From assembly GCA_051047955.1 (NCBI GenBank), contig JBPGPT010000008.1, forward strand, positions 372,001-436,000: a DNA stretch of 64,000 bases, in the 5' to 3' direction. The translations under genes were made by a program, and so were the position numbers. This DNA is from Cystobasidiomycetes sp. EMM_F5 (taxonomy: Eukaryota). Below the pieces are notes generated by a model. The model searched no databases. It saw only the letters and a list, made by a program, of their open reading frames with translations, and was not told where the DNA came from. Positions 1 through 13,464 of this stretch are shown in pieces (positions within the stretch are counted from its first letter, which is position 1; each line of letters begins with the position of its first letter).

Positions 1-539
1 GATTCGCCTCGAGCGCCCTTTACAATTATAGATCGCAACTTTACAGAGCCGGTAAAGGGTATCCGCACTGTGATTCTATCAGCAAGGCCAGCAGGATCGT
101 ATGCGCCGCACTCATTTACCTATCATTTGTTCGCTGTGATTCGGCAACCTCATCAGCTCAAAGTTGGTAGTGGTTATTGACAGCAAGCGTACTCTGCATC
201 ACTGCGAACGAACTGCAAATAAGAGTATCAGCAAAGTGAGGTTGCGTCTAGAGCGTTAAAGATATGCCTTTTCTTCGTCTAGCCGCATATCCCAGGGTTT
301 GAAGATGTGCTTTACTTGATCCGGCTCTTGAGCGTTCAGGATTTCCACATTGTCGATGTCGACTGCAACCCAGAATGTAATACCATTGGCTAATGTCAGT
401 CTTTGTGAGTTTGCTGCATATTTTGTTGGAACCATCGTCATGGCGCACTCTTCGACAGGAGCAAATCATTCACGCCCTCGCCCGGCACGACATGCTCTGG
501 ATCGTCTGCAGAGTGCCCACAGCCGTGGCCGCAGACCAT
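1..539 (-). CDS. PITH-domain protein (PITHD1-like), 3' end runs off the window
   Basis: Spliced model MVCGHGCGHSADDPEHVVPGEGVNDLLLSKIDIDNVEILNAQEPDQVKHIFKPWDMRLDEEK-FVRSDAD-EQMI-VRIPFTGSVKLRSIIVKG. The IFKPW...SDADEQ...IPFTGSVKL signature is typical of PITH proteins. Confidence 0.85.
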
Positions 540-641
540 GGTTGCACTTGATTATCAGATTAACAAACAGAGCCAAGGCCGGTTCAAGTCTGTTGATGCT
601 TTACATTCTGACGACTGATCCTGTTGACTGGCGTTGCCATC

Positions 642-2646
642 ATGATTCCATCCGTCGAGGACAGCTGCCTCTCCATCTTTCACTCACTCAGCTTCCTCGA
701 CTCGCTGCCATTCAAGTCAAGTTCTCCGCTGGTCCGCGCTGCTCTGGCTACCCCAAGCGAGTTTGAAGGAACCTACATCCGAGAAGCAGATGCGCACGAG
801 CTCGGTATATTTCAGCAGACGGGAGAGGATGGTACTGTCCTTCCTGGCAAAGCTAGACCATCAAACCGCGCAAATGGACAGGATACGACACATCAGCCCG
901 AACGCGTAAACAGGCTACGAAGGAGTTTGCTTGGACGGAGTGCGAATGCGTACAGGCCAGGAAGTTATGACGCACCTCCGACGAACCGCATGTTTGTGCA
1001 GCGTGCTGGTCCACAACGCGTAGCTGGACCGGTAACCGCTACCCCGCTCAGGAAACAACGGCAGAAGGTTGCATCGACGCCTAGCAAGACATCGAAAGCA
1101 GAATACGATCCAGAAGTCTATCTGATAGCAGCACAGAAACTCCTGCACCACTAGTAGGTCGAGTCACTTTCGAATCATGTGGGTGTGATCTGAGAGACTG
1201 CCGGTTCTTTAGTGCGGATCCGACAGCTTCAGAACGCGTTCATCTACTCCTGTCGCAGTACGAGGGCCTAGTCGCTTCAATTGCTGATCTTGAAGAGGCG
1301 TTACGAGCCGTGCGTATCGCATGCGTGCGTTCTGTCACAGCTCGATAAAACTGATGTGCGCGTACATACCCACTACAGCCACTACAGCCGCCAGCGCGAG
1401 CCAAGACATTTAAGACTGATAGACAGGCAGATTCGAGTGTAATTGAAGGAGAACTTCGGCAATTGGAAATCGAGATCAAGCGAGAAGAGCTCGAAGTGCT
1501 AGCTCTTCAAGAAATGATTGCAGAACGTGAAAAGGAGGTGCGTTTGTGTCACCGTCCTGTCCGATGGTAAGGAGGTGCTGACAACCACCCCTTTGTTCTC
1601 GGTAGTCCCGACAAGCGAAATCTTCAACGCTCGAATTGCGTAAACCCGCTGATCGCACACTACTCAATGCTACTGTAAAGCGACCTGCAAGCAAAAGTGT
1701 AACGTCGGTCGATGCCTTGAAGACCTCCAATCCTGGTGGTATAACAAACACACAACGTCGAGTCCCGTCCGCAATTGCAATTGCAAAAGCTGCCTCAAAG
1801 TCTGCGCTTCAAGCATCAAGTGCTGCGTCTACCCTGAAGGTCGCCGATCCCGTTTCGGAGATGGAGTCGCCCGTGAAGAGTGAAGAGATAAACACGCCAG
1901 ATGTCCGAGTCAGCACAGAGCCTGCAGCTCTGCCCGTGGAAGCAAAGCCCAAGGCAAAGCCGGTCGTTCAGGCACCTCAGCTGTCCAGTATCCTCGTAAG
2001 TCTTGTCGTGCACAGCTGAAACGACCGCAGGGGATTGACGAATTGATACTTTATCCCTTGGAAACATAGGACAAGATTGCTCAAGTCCTGCCTGCTGGCC
2101 ACATTGATAAAATCGACGATGCAGATGCAGTTTTGTACGTCGCAGATGTGTGCGATATCCGAATCCTGCTGAACTATTCCGCGCAGATCCGCCTTGCAAA
2201 CACTTTCTGCTACTACCAAACTCAAAGCTGGCGATGCAAACGAAGGCCCGGCATGTATCGCAGAGGTTTCCGTATCAAGCCCTTCAAATGCTGCAGCTAC
2301 TTCATCTACGCCCGTCACCGTGTTTGAATACCGGCTACTCTACATCTATCTGTCACAATTGCTGAGTATCCCTCTGGACGAGTCGTCATCCGGCCTTTCT
2401 CTCATCATGCGCGACTCGTCCGTACCGAGCGCGACAGACGCTACTGCGCCTGATGGTGCGGCGCCAGGTACAGCACGAGAAGGGGTGCTGTCTATGAATG
2501 CACTCAAGACTGTCCTCGGCGATCTGGCAAAAGCACGAGGCTGGCCAGACGATGTGGGTACCAAGGCCATCTATGGGCTCGTCGCCAAGCGGGTACTCCG
2601 TATCGATAGACGTGGGAGGGAAGCTATGGTGTGCTTTGCGGTGTGA
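642..2646 (+). CDS. SPC34: DASH/Dam1 complex subunit Spc34-like protein with a C-terminal extension (multi-exon)
   Basis: N-terminal YIREADAHELGIF and DPEVYLIAAQKLL motifs followed by coiled coil resemble Spc34. Several GT-AG introns; the last exon ends AIYGLVAKRVLRIDRRGREAMVCFAV*. Confidence 0.6.
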
Positions 2647-2750
2647 CGGCGTGTCTTTTTGGGCGGCAGGTTGTTTCGTGTCGTCAGCACCAGTTCAGTG
2701 CGGTTTCTTCGTTGACGTAGCACGAGTGTTTTGGACTTGCGCTCTCTAGC

Positions 2751-3229
2751 TTAGTGCTGTATTTCCCCTATCGGTTCTGCTCGTAGTGCAGACATGTCTA
2801 TTGATTTGTCTACCTCGTCGTCGAGCTGGCCTACGAGGGAGCTGGAGGCAGTACGGAAAGCGAGTCAGCGTATTGGGACGAGCGGAGAGTGACCGCATCA
2901 ACTCGCATATTGTCCCCTCTGATGAGGTATATCCCCAGCGGAACTTCCTCCACGGGCTCGTCGATACTGAATATGCGTTCGCTCGACCCAGACAGGATGA
3001 TGTTTGTCGTCTGGTCGAAGCCCTTGAGCTCGCCCTGCGTGGTAGGGAATGCCAGTCAGCGTATATGCTTGCCGTCCGTGTTGCCAATCATTGGCCCACC
3101 ACTATGACTCTGCCGTCCTGGGTCACTACGAGGACTTGTTCTGTGATTATAACGGGGGTATATGAGCATTCAATCCCATTCCCCGTCTGGCTACTGCTCA
3201 CTGTCAATGTAGCCAGTCAGACTCGACAT
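2751..3229 (-). CDS. LSM8: U6 snRNA-associated Sm-like protein LSm8 (4 exons; missed by the ORF track)
   Basis: Spliced model MSSLTGYIDKQVLVVTQDGRVIV-GELKGFDQTTNIILSGSSERIFSIDEPVEEVPLGIYLIRGDNI-SLVGQLDDEVDKSIDMSALRAEPIGEIQH*, with Sm1/Sm2 motifs typical of LSm8. Confidence 0.93.
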
Positions 3230-3531
3230 TGCAAATGTTGTAGACAGGTCAGTCCATTGCAGACATTCTAATTGAAATTGTCAATGGATGGATGTCAATC
3301 TTTCGAGTGTCATTAACAATCTCTGAATGCTTTCTAATCCAAGGCGAGTGCACATTACAGTATGCTATTACTCCACTATTACTCAACAACTGCCCGTATC
3401 TCCAGTCACCCAACTGCCCACCGTCGAGCTGCCCAGAGCTCAGGCGAGACAGACCCCAGCCAAACGAGCGAGCCCGAGCAGGCTGAGCTGGCGAGGCTCA
3501 CTTGAACTGCCCTCTCCCTCCCCATCCCAAC

Positions 3532-5404
3532 ATGGTCTCCGGCACTCCCATGCTCAACGGCCACGCCCGCCTCAGCAGCATGAATGAGCGGTTCGTCCAG
3601 CCCGTCACTGGTGAGTGGGCGGCAGTCGCATCGTTGCAAATTTGCGACGAGGAACGTGCGCATGTTTGGATGCCTTCGAGGTGTTCGAGTGTGCGCAGTG
3701 GTCGCAGTGGTTGTCGTATAGTGCTAATTGCATTGCTAATCCCCTTTTGAATGGTCTAATCCCAACCTCCGTCAGTCCGCAAGATTGCCTGCATTGGCGC
3801 CGGATACGTAGGGGGTCCGACATGCTCGGTCATTGCTAAAATGTGTCCAGACATGCAAGTGGTCGTGTAGAGACAGCGTACGATGCAGGCTGAATGTTAA
3901 ACAAACAGCACCGTCACCATCGTCGACATGAATGCAGCGCGGATTGCGGGGTGGAACAGCGACACGCTGCCCATATTCGAGCCAGGTCTGGAAGAGGTAG
4001 TCAAGGCTCAGCGAGGTAGAAACCTCTTCTTCTCGACAGACATCGACAAGGCAATACGCGAAGCCGACCTCATCTTTGTCTCGGTAAACACGCCAACAAA
4101 ATCTAGTGGCGTCGGAGCTGGATTCGCGGCAGACTTGACGTACGCTGATCCACTCTCCTTTGCACGCGTGTCTCTGACCCTCCTCTATCCATCACCTACA
4201 GCTACGTCGAGTCTTGCACACGCCGTATCGCAACAGTCGCGACATCGTCAAAGATTGTAGTGGAGAAATCCACCGTCCCCTGCAGGACTGCCCAATCCAT
4301 GCGAACCATCCTCGAGGCAAACTCATCTCCCGACTGTCGATTTGACATCCTCTCCAATCCAGAATTCCTTGCAGAAGGGACTGCCATAAGCGATCTCATG
4401 AACCCCGATAGAGTCCTCATTGGGTCCCTCTCGACTCCAGAGGGTATCGCTGCACAGGCTGCCCTTGTAAATGTGTATGCTCATTGGGTACCCCGCGAGA
4501 GATGCGTTACAACCGGCTTGTGGTCCTCGGAATTGACAAAGCTTGTACATGGCTTCCATACCCTTTCCATCCATACGCTGACGTCAAGCTTGTGTGGTAG
4601 GCCGCAAATGCAATGCTCGCACAGCGCATCTCTTCCATCAACGCCCTATCGGCCATCTGCGAAGTGACTGGCGCAGATGTAGACGAAGTAGCCTACGCCT
4701 GCGGACTTGACCAGCGTATCGGACCTAAATTCCTGAAAGCCTCCGTCGGGTTTGGTGGTTCGTGCTTTCAGAAGGATATCCTCAACCTCGTCTACCTGTG
4801 CGAATCCCTGCATCTACCTGAAGTCGCAGCGTACTGGCGACAGATCACGCAGCTCAATGATTACCAGATGCATAGATTTGCAAAGACTGTCGTGACCAGC
4901 GTGAGTCGACTCCTGTAGCCTATATGATCTTCCGACCTGACGAGTTGCCTCTTGATGCAGCTCTTCAACACCATTACAAACAAGAAGATTACCGTTCTCG
5001 GGTTTGCATTCAAGAAGAATACAGGCGACACGCGTGCCTCGCCTGCCATCTCGCTCGTCAAGGACTTTCGTTCTGAGCGTGCTCAGATCTCAATCTATGA
5101 TCCCAAGGTCCCCGAAGCGCAAATCTACGCGGATGTGACTGACCACACCGTTGCCGGCGACATGGAGGTTGCCAAAAAGCAAATTACAGTATGCAAATCT
5201 GCAATGGACGCTTGTATCGGCGCCGAGGGCATCGTCGTCGCTACGGAATGGGACGAGTTTAAAGACCTCGATTGGCAAGCTATTTACGATTCTATGCAGA
5301 AACCGGCATTCGTGTTTGATGGTCGCCTTATCCTCGATCAGCGAAAGCTCGAAAAGATTGGCTTCCAGGTTCGATGTATCGGACGAGGACAGCAGTTGCT
5401 GTAA
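3532..5404 (+). CDS. UGD1: UDP-glucose 6-dehydrogenase
   Basis: [13 protein letters not shown]ossmann motif, [27 protein letters not shown] catalytic Cys motif, [13 protein letters not shown]. Confidence 0.97.
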
Positions 5405-5821
5405 CTTGTCAACTACTCGCTCACGTCGTGTTGCGGAAAAGAGCAGGCTTCCGTTAACAAAAAGGTCAGCCACTGCATCTCTCACTTCATGGCACGGTCA
5501 GCCTCGTCATACGTCGCTACCTTCACATTAGTCTGCATTAGATCTCTCTAGAAGTGTTATCCTTTCTCACCTTTTCCGTTTCAATGATCAGTCCACATCT
5601 CGGCCGTTCCTTCTACATTCGCAGCTCGTTTCCTTAGTCATTAGGGCGCAGTCAGTCGCAGTCGCAGACCAGTCGTCCTTTAGCAGATTAAGTCTCACGT
5701 TGTTGCAACCATTCATGCACAAGTAAGAGGGCTACTTCGCGTTTTTGTGCGATACAACACGCGACCGTGTACTCTTTGTGCGGTACCTGTCCAGGTCTTT
5801 GCGTTTGCACTCGCACAAACC

Positions 5822-6856
5822 ATGACTATACACCGGCATTCTGCGCAAACGAGGCATGCATCATGTCCCCATACACGGCTGCCCTTTGTCCTGGGACGCC
5901 GTCTGTTTCTGGCAGCGCTTCTAGCCATAGCCTTCTTTTCAAACACAAAACAGGTCGAAGCAGTAAAGTTCAACCTGCCAGCGGCACATAGCCCGCAACA
6001 GAAATGTATATGGAACTACGCGATGGGAGACACGCTCGTTGTCATTACGTGAGTGCGCTTTTTGTTTGCGAAACAAAGTGCCTGCTATAGCACGAAGCTG
6101 CAGCACTCCATGCCGCGGGAGAGTCGACGGCATGGCTGACTGGTGATTTATACCCTCTTTCGCAACCTGGGCTGCTCATGTATGCAGGGCAAACGTAGCG
6201 AGCGGCGGCAATCAGAGGGTGGACATGGAAGTGCTGGACGGCAGTAATCACCGCAATGTATACCAAAACAAGAGGAATGTGAATGGGGAGACTCGTATGG
6301 CTATAACAACGCACGCCGACGCGGATCTAGGCGTGTGTTTCAAAAATTATCTGGATCGTGGTGCGTTTATGCCTCGACATTCAGACTAGGCAAACGGTTC
6401 ACTGATCGACTGTGTTATGCTTTGTTATCGTCAATACTACTCAGATATATCAGATAATGGCGCGTTCGAGAGAGCAATAGACCTCGATATCGATATCGGA
6501 GCAGATGCGGTCGATTACAATGCGATAGCAAAAGCGGGTGGGTGTTTCAGCCTATCACCATACTTGCATGCCCACTGATTGTCCCACAACTCTTGAATCG
6601 CAATTGCTATATTCTTGCAGAATCGCTGTCAGGACTGGAAGTGGAGATGCGAAAACTGGAGGGAGTAGTAAAGGAGATCGTCGATGAGCTCAACTACCTG
6701 AAGAAGAGGGAAGCGAGGATGAGGGATACGAACGAATCTACCAACGAGCGAGTGTGGTGGTTCAGCATACTTACGATGGCTATCCTCGTCGCCCTCGGAA
6801 TATGGCAGATCCTGTATCTACGCAGCTATTTCAAGCGGAAGCATCTGATTGATTAA
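5822..6856 (+). CDS. ERV25: p24 family delta subunit, ER vesicle protein 25 (TMED10-like)
   Basis: Signal-like stretch, GOLD domain (KCIWNY...VCFKN), coiled coil LEVEMRKLE, MRDTNESTNERV, TM helix and tail YFKRKHLID. Start codon approximate. Confidence 0.92.
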
Positions 6857-7284
6857 GTATAGGCATCAATGCAGCACGAAGTCGTCACATGGTTTGCAGC
6901 GCGCTTCTAAGTATCTATGTGCTGCGCTGCCAAATAAACAGACTCGATTCAGGTTTCACGCAAGCGTCACTGAGTCTGGACTCGCGACCAGTACTTGCGG
7001 TATTGCTGGAGCGATACAGACGATACCTGCATGTGCATCTGCTGGGCGCTTGCACCTGCTTCTGAACCGCTGCTCGTCGCGAGCTCGAGGCCGTGCAGGT
7101 CGGTACCTGAAACTGCCACGCGCTAGCCCGTCATGCGGTGCCTGAGCACAGCTGCAGCGACATCTTCTTAGCCTTAAAAGCTGCTTCGCTTTGAGCTCTC
7201 CTTTCTTCTTCTCATCACCAACAATCTCATTCAGGACTCCCAAGCGCTTCTGCCCACTCTACACCCTTCACACCACACTTCATC

Positions 7285-7929
7285 ATGCACTTCACAACCA
7301 TCATCCCAGCTGCCCTTGTCGCTGCTTCCATGGCTGTCGCAGTTCCATTGAAACGTGATGGTCCTTGTAAGCCTTTGATCCTCTCCGCTAGCTCGAGAGT
7401 CTTGGCTGAGAATTGGATTGTTATCAGCTGGCCAGATCATCTCGCCCGCTGGCGGCGCGAGCATCTCTGCTACCACAGGTTACCCCGATGGAAAAATCCA
7501 GTAAGTGCATCAGCTATTTGCATTCGTCTAAAATTTAGCGACAGTCCTGACAATCGCCATGCAGCTTCGTCTACCAATCCGTCTTCCAGTCAAAGATAGA
7601 TGATTGCGCGTACTTCAGCTGCCAGGCCAACACTGAGAGCGTGCAAGTCGTTCTTGTCAACAACGGCAACTCTTACACTGTAAGTCGCGCTTTCTTCTTC
7701 GGTTCTTGTCAGCACCACATCCTGACTTGCGTTCTTTCAGCTCGCCGACCGCCTTGCCCCACCTAGCAACCTGGAGATATCCAATATCGACACCTACCTT
7801 AGCATTCCAGCCAATGTTTGCGGTTCTGCGCAGGTCGTAGTCACCGAAACTCAAAACCTCTGGGGTCAGCAGATCACATTTAAGTCGGCCGCGCCTTCCA
7901 TCCAGATCAATTGCTCCCCTCTTCCGTGA
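7285..7929 (+). CDS. Small secreted 4-Cys protein, family copy A (4 exons, ~150 aa)
   Basis: Signal peptide MHFTTIIPAALVAASMAVA, LKR|DGP dibasic site, three GT-AG introns, ends ...IQINCSPLP*. Near-identical to copies C and D. Confidence 0.85.
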
Positions 7930-8704
7930 GCTTATGCCACACAACACAGAGTGTATGTAGTATTAGCGACGCTATGTGAAACAACTTGCATTTTGCAATC
8001 CACATCATCACCATCCAAGTGAATAGTGTATGTAAATCTGACGCTCGGCTATCTGCGTATACAGCCGGACTGCATCGCTGACGCTGCCAGTCGTATCGCC
8101 TGGTGCTTACCTGTACTCACTCATCAGAACAGTTGCATCAGAGAAAGAGTGTTGAATGGACTGCCGATGGGCTAAATAAGGTCGAAAAACGGCTCTAATA
8201 CACCTCGATTCAAGGACATCGTGACTCAGACATATCGGCTACGAGTCGGACTCGCATTGAAATCAGCTGAATCCATAGCAATGACACGTCAGGCATCCGA
8301 TGCGTTGGGAATGGATCTGAGCAAATGCAGGTTGCAGGTTGACGTCGAGCTCGCGTTTGAGTCGTCTGGTAATGGCAACGCTGCCATTTTTCATTTTGAT
8401 TCACTGAAAAACTGTATGCCATCCCATCACTGCCTCGTACGGCTCGATATATCTGTCGTACGTAAAGGCCGGCTTCATCGCACATGTCGCGTGTAGGGTA
8501 CCGTTTGCGGAGACACGCCGTACCTGAAATGGCCATGCGGAAATAGGTCGCGGTACCTTCTGGGCTCCCCGTGCAGGCCGCGCGGCCGAGGTCCAGGAGT
8601 TGTCTGCTCGTACAAGCCGTAGCAGGCGACCTTCTGGCTTGGCTTCATACTCTCTCATCGTCACACCGCGGTCCTAATAGGCCACATATCACCTCCCTAA
8701 CACA

Positions 8705-9336
8705 ATGCGCTTCGTTCCAGTTTTCACAGCTACCATTGCTGCTATATTGGCTGTCTCTGCGGCACCCTCGAAGCGTGATGGACCATGTGCGCTCTGATCC
8801 TCCGAGGCAGGTAACGGAAGTTGCTAATTTTCTCGCAGCCGGCCAGGTCATCTCGCCTGCAGGCGGAGCGACTGTCTCTGCCACCACAGGATATCCTGAC
8901 GGGAAATTGCAGTAGGTCGCATGGGCCTACGTATTTGACTTTCTCTCACGCACACAAAAAGCTTTGTGTATCAGCCGGTGTATCAGTCCAAGACTGACAA
9001 TTGCGCCTACTTCGAGTGTGTCGCAAACACACAGAGCGTACAAGTCATCCTGGTCAACAGCGCCGGTACCAACTACACAGTCAGTCCAGACATCTAGCAT
9101 GTAGGGAATCTGCGGCACCTGCCACGCTGACAAAACAAACAACACAGCTTGCAGATCGCCTGGCTCCGCCAAGCTCGTCAAATGTCTCCAACATCGACAC
9201 TTACCTCAGCGTTCCTGCCAACATTTGCGGATCTGCTCAGGTTATAGTTGTCGAATCGCAAAATCTCTTCGGCCAGCAGATCACGTTCAGAGCAGCTGAC
9301 CCGACGATTCAAATCAACTGTTCCCCTCTGCCATGA
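8705..9336 (+). CDS. Small secreted 4-Cys protein, family copy B (diverged)
   Basis: MRFVPVFTATIAAILAVSAAPSKR|DGP...; same three intron positions and the same Cys pattern (CAYFEC...ICGS...INCSPLP*). Confidence 0.85.
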
Positions 9337-9915
9337 TCTGTGAGGGACGAATGTCATTTTATGCGACAGCACGCATAGCTCGTGATGCCGTCAGCACAAC
9401 CTTGCGGACTTAGTCAGAACACAATGTACGTAGTAGGGGCAATTTGGTAGGATTGCGCGGGGTTGGTTAAACATGAGGGCTTGCGTGATTGCGGAGTGTG
9501 TGGTGCTGTTGCATTGCGGTGAGCTTGCCATAGCGTGCTGGCCTTGGTGGTGACACAGTTAAATTATGTCTAATCTCCTTAAGCTTCTGGATTACTCGAC
9601 TGGTGGATATCGCGATTATGTTGTGTACCTGTTTCCCGCCAACTTGAATGCTGTATGTATCTGCGTTGTACTAGGCTGCAGTGCCCATTGACGCCCGTAC
9701 TGCTCGTTGCGAACTCGGGGCCGTGCAGGTTCGTACCTGAAACTGCCACGCGCTAGCCCGTCATGCGGTGCCTGAGCACAGCTGCAGCGACATGTTCTCA
9801 GTTCTAAAAGCTGCTTGCTTTGAGCTCTCCTTTCTTTCTTCTCATCACCAACAATCTCATTCAGCACTCACAAAAGCTTCTCCCTAGCTTCTTACCCTTC
9901 ACACCACACTACACC

Positions 9916-10558
9916 ATGCACTTCGCAACCATCATCCCAGCTGCCCTTGTCGCGGCTTCCGTAACTGCCGCAGCTCCATTGAGACGTGATGGACCTTGTA
10001 AGCGACTCATCTCCTGTAGCTTGAGAGTCTTGGCTAAGGATCGATTTGACATCAGCTGGCACGGTCATCTCGCCCGCTGGCGGCGCGAGCATCTCTGCTA
10101 CCACAGGCTATCCCGACGGCAAGATCCAGTAAGTGCCGCAACTATTTGCATTCGCATTGGATTTTAGAGGCAGTCCTGACAATCGTCATTCAGCTTCGTC
10201 TACCAATCCGTCTTCCAGTCAAAAACAGATGATTGCGCCTACTTCAGCTGCCAGGCCAACACTGAAAGCGTGCAAGTCGTTCTTGTCAACAACGGCAACT
10301 CTTACACTGTAAGCTGCGCTTTCTTCTTCGGTTCTTGTCAGCACCACGTCCTGACTTCCGTTCTTTCAGCTCGCCGACCGCCTTGCCCCACCTAGCAACC
10401 TGGAAGTATCCAATATCGACACCTACCTCAGCATTCCAGCCAATGTTTGCGGTTCTGCGCAGGTCGTAGTCACCGAAACTCAAAACCTCTGGGGCCAGCA
10501 GATCACATTCAAGTCGGCCGCGCCTTCCATCCAGATCAACTGCTCTCCTCTTCCGTAG
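9916..10558 (+). CDS. Small secreted 4-Cys protein, family copy C
   Basis: MHFATIIPAALVAASVTAAAPLRR|DGP...INCSPLP*; same exon structure as copy A. Confidence 0.85.
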
Positions 10559-10867
10559 TCAGTACACACTGAGCTGTTGTAGCATTAGCACGATGTGGCC
10601 AGTAAATACTACACCTGTGAAATCTTCAGTGATCAGCGTCGAGCTCATCTGCGCGTCTGAGGTGACCGCTTGTGATTCAACCATATGCATGTCATTCAAG
10701 TTGCCTCACGTCGGTGTTGCGAGTCAGCGTCAGCGACCGCTCTGCCCAATCTGGCAGCTGCTTGTCCAATAGTCAGTTCCTTTTGTTGACTCTATCGCCT
10801 TTGTTTTCATTCGAGCTTCGAGCAACCGTGAGTCGTTGCCTTTTCAAGATACTCACTCAACACCGAC

Positions 10868-11678
10868 ATGTTTTACCAGCCAAACGCAACAGCCAGTGAG
10901 CTGCAAACGTTTCGAAACCTGACTGCAGTCAAGAAAGATGTCCGCGCACATTGGCTGTCCATCCTTCGTCCGTACCAAGCCAACGATGGTCGCCACACGG
11001 AGATTCAGTGTCAGGAAGCACTCATACATTTGCGGGACAGAATACTGGAGAATGGCGCACACGACGAGTCCTCACATCCTTCAATAATCTACTATCACCT
11101 CGCTCGGCATTTCCAGACAGTCATCGGTTGGGCTACAATGACAGATGCGGAGAGGGAGGCATTAAGTCACGCTATGCAATCGCTGTACAATCTATTCGAT
11201 CTCAGCCTGAATGCCGCTCAAGTACTCATCGTCGAGGTCATGAAAGCTACAATCAAAGATCCCAACCTCTTGTCCAGGATCATGGCTGCCCAGCTGATTA
11301 TGACGGCGAGTGACATATCTGCTCGCGAAGCCTGGGTCAAGCTGATCTTACGTGTTCCACAGCGTATGGCCAACGGCATGATGATGGCGTGCGGCAGAAA
11401 CGTATTTATCAGTATGCGCGACAAATGTCGTAAGTGTAGAAAAGGGGACATCCGCTTGATGCGATGCGGCAGGTCAGTAGCGAACTTACGGGATTATTTT
11501 TAGCGCTGACCCGAGGACTACTGCTTACAGGTGTCGAGTGGCGTACTATTGCTCATCAGATTGCCAGAAAGCCGACTGGGTCAGCGACCATAAAACAGAG
11601 TGTCCGCAGTACGTTCAGCTCATCGGAGATCATACTGGGAACCTTGAAGCAGGAAGGCATAAAGTACAGGCCGCGTAA
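10868..11678 (+). CDS. MYND-type zinc-finger protein
   Basis: After one intron (~11473-11530) reads CRKCRKGDIRLMRCGRCRVAYYCSSDCQKADWVSDHKTEC, the zf-MYND consensus. 3' end approximate. Confidence 0.85.
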
Positions 11679-11770
11679 GGATGTTGCGTTGTTCAACCCT
11701 TACGTCTAGCTGCCTATAGCAATTCCATCCTTTCAAACTTGAATGCAGATACGGTCTGTCCAAGCCTAAT

Positions 11771-13153
11771 TTATACATCAGGACGCTGTGCGGCATGTGG
11801 AGTCTCCTGCGGTATGGAAACGTAATCGTGAGTGGCCGACTCTTGATTACTGCGTTCTTCAACTTCTTTCTCGTCTGTATCGCCGTGATCTCCCTCGCCC
11901 AGAGCCACTACGACTGCACTGCCGAGAATCATGCATGTACCGACTTCACTAAGCCACGTCAGGCCATCGCCATGGACCAACCAGCTGAGGAGCATTGAAT
12001 ATGGAACCTGGACAGTCGAGATTCAGTCTCAGGGTCGAAGCGCTCGCAAAGAACATGCATCCTCCGCACCGCAATATAACAGAAGAGAGCCGTCTTGCCG
12101 ACGTTACCGCCTTGAAGTGCTGCATACAGAGCCCTTCAGTAACACCATCATACGTAGTGCGGCTTGCCTGACCGAGAGCGTAACAATATTGAGCCGTCCC
12201 ACCGCAAATGGTGACCTTCATTGTGTTGCATGTAAGGTTTCGTTCAGAAGTGGAAGTTTTGACGCACAATAGCGAATGAGCATAAAGCAGCTGCATCAAA
12301 GTGGTCGAAACCTTCTCGCTCGCTCGGTATGAAGATAAGGCATGCCACACCCATGCATAGACCGCTAAGAGCTGTCGTATAGACGAACACAAGTGCATGA
12401 GCTGCTTCACCAATCTTCCTAGTCATGATCTTGAATGTTGCGTCCCCGGTGATACACGCGAGCATGAATAGGGCGCCGTACATGCGGCCAGGTTGGTCGT
12501 TGATACTGTCATCGCCAAAAATCGCCGCTGGACGGATGACAAAGACTGCCCCGGCGAAGGATACGAGTGCTGCTGCCATATCCGTGTAGGTCAGACTCTG
12601 TCTCAGGAAAGCATAGCTTAGTACGCCAGCTGGAGTGTGGTTATGTCAGACGCTCAATGATACACTCAGACATGGATTGTACACCACTACCCACTGAAGA
12701 TGGGTGTTATCTGCCATAGGGTGATGGAGTCGACGAGCGGTAGGTACTTCAGGCTGTTGGTAAAGGTGTACATCCCAAGTACCGCTAGAGCACCGCGGGC
12801 TAGCAACATCTTGATGAGGTAGACTTCGTCCGGAGTAGGCGTCGGTATCTTCTGGTGCCAGATGAGTATCGGGCATATGCAGCCTGTGCTGGCCATGCGA
12901 AGCATTACCATATTGTTCTTATCGTGGATTACGCGTCAATGCACACGATACTTGGGCAGTCATAACTATCCTTACAGCAGAAAACCCTCGACCATCCACG
13001 AGTCCTTTGACAATAAGATCCGACGTTGTAAATATCAGCTGTTGTATGCGATGTCAGCATACCTTCATAATCATGTCTCGAATAGAATGACGCACGTACC
13101 GACCCCAACGCCATCAGGGCGAAAGCCCTGTACTTGTCTGGCACGCCCAGCAT
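11771..13153 (-). CDS. EamA/DMT-superfamily transporter (SLC35G/YMR253C-like), multi-exon
   Basis: Hydrophobic exons LLARGALAVLG...SLKYLPLVDSITLWQITPIF...ALVSFAGAVFVIRPAAIFG...IMTRKIG...GTCMILGSAVVVA. Confidence 0.8.
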
Positions 13154-13464
13154 CTGGCTAGAGATGTCAGCCGTCAGTCGTCAGTAATCAGAGGTCAGAA
13201 TCGTCTTCGGATAACGCGATATGGCCGCTGTCTTCTCCAACGGTCAATACTCGCTAAGCGCATCGCTTGTCCGAATTCGGCAGATTAAGTTGCATGATTA
13301 GCGGAATCCACGGGACAAGAAGCTCAATCAGCCTCCCGATGTCCATGTTGATCTTTGCTTAGTTGCTCCTTGAAGTTGGCTTCATCTTGGAGTCTTTGCC
13401 GAACATCCAAGATCAAGATCAGTCATTTGCCAAAACGACTAGCCCCTTCCCATCCGAACATGTC

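Noticed and set aside
2786..3271. 161-aa plus-strand ORF
   Set aside because: Antisense to the well-supported LSM8 gene.
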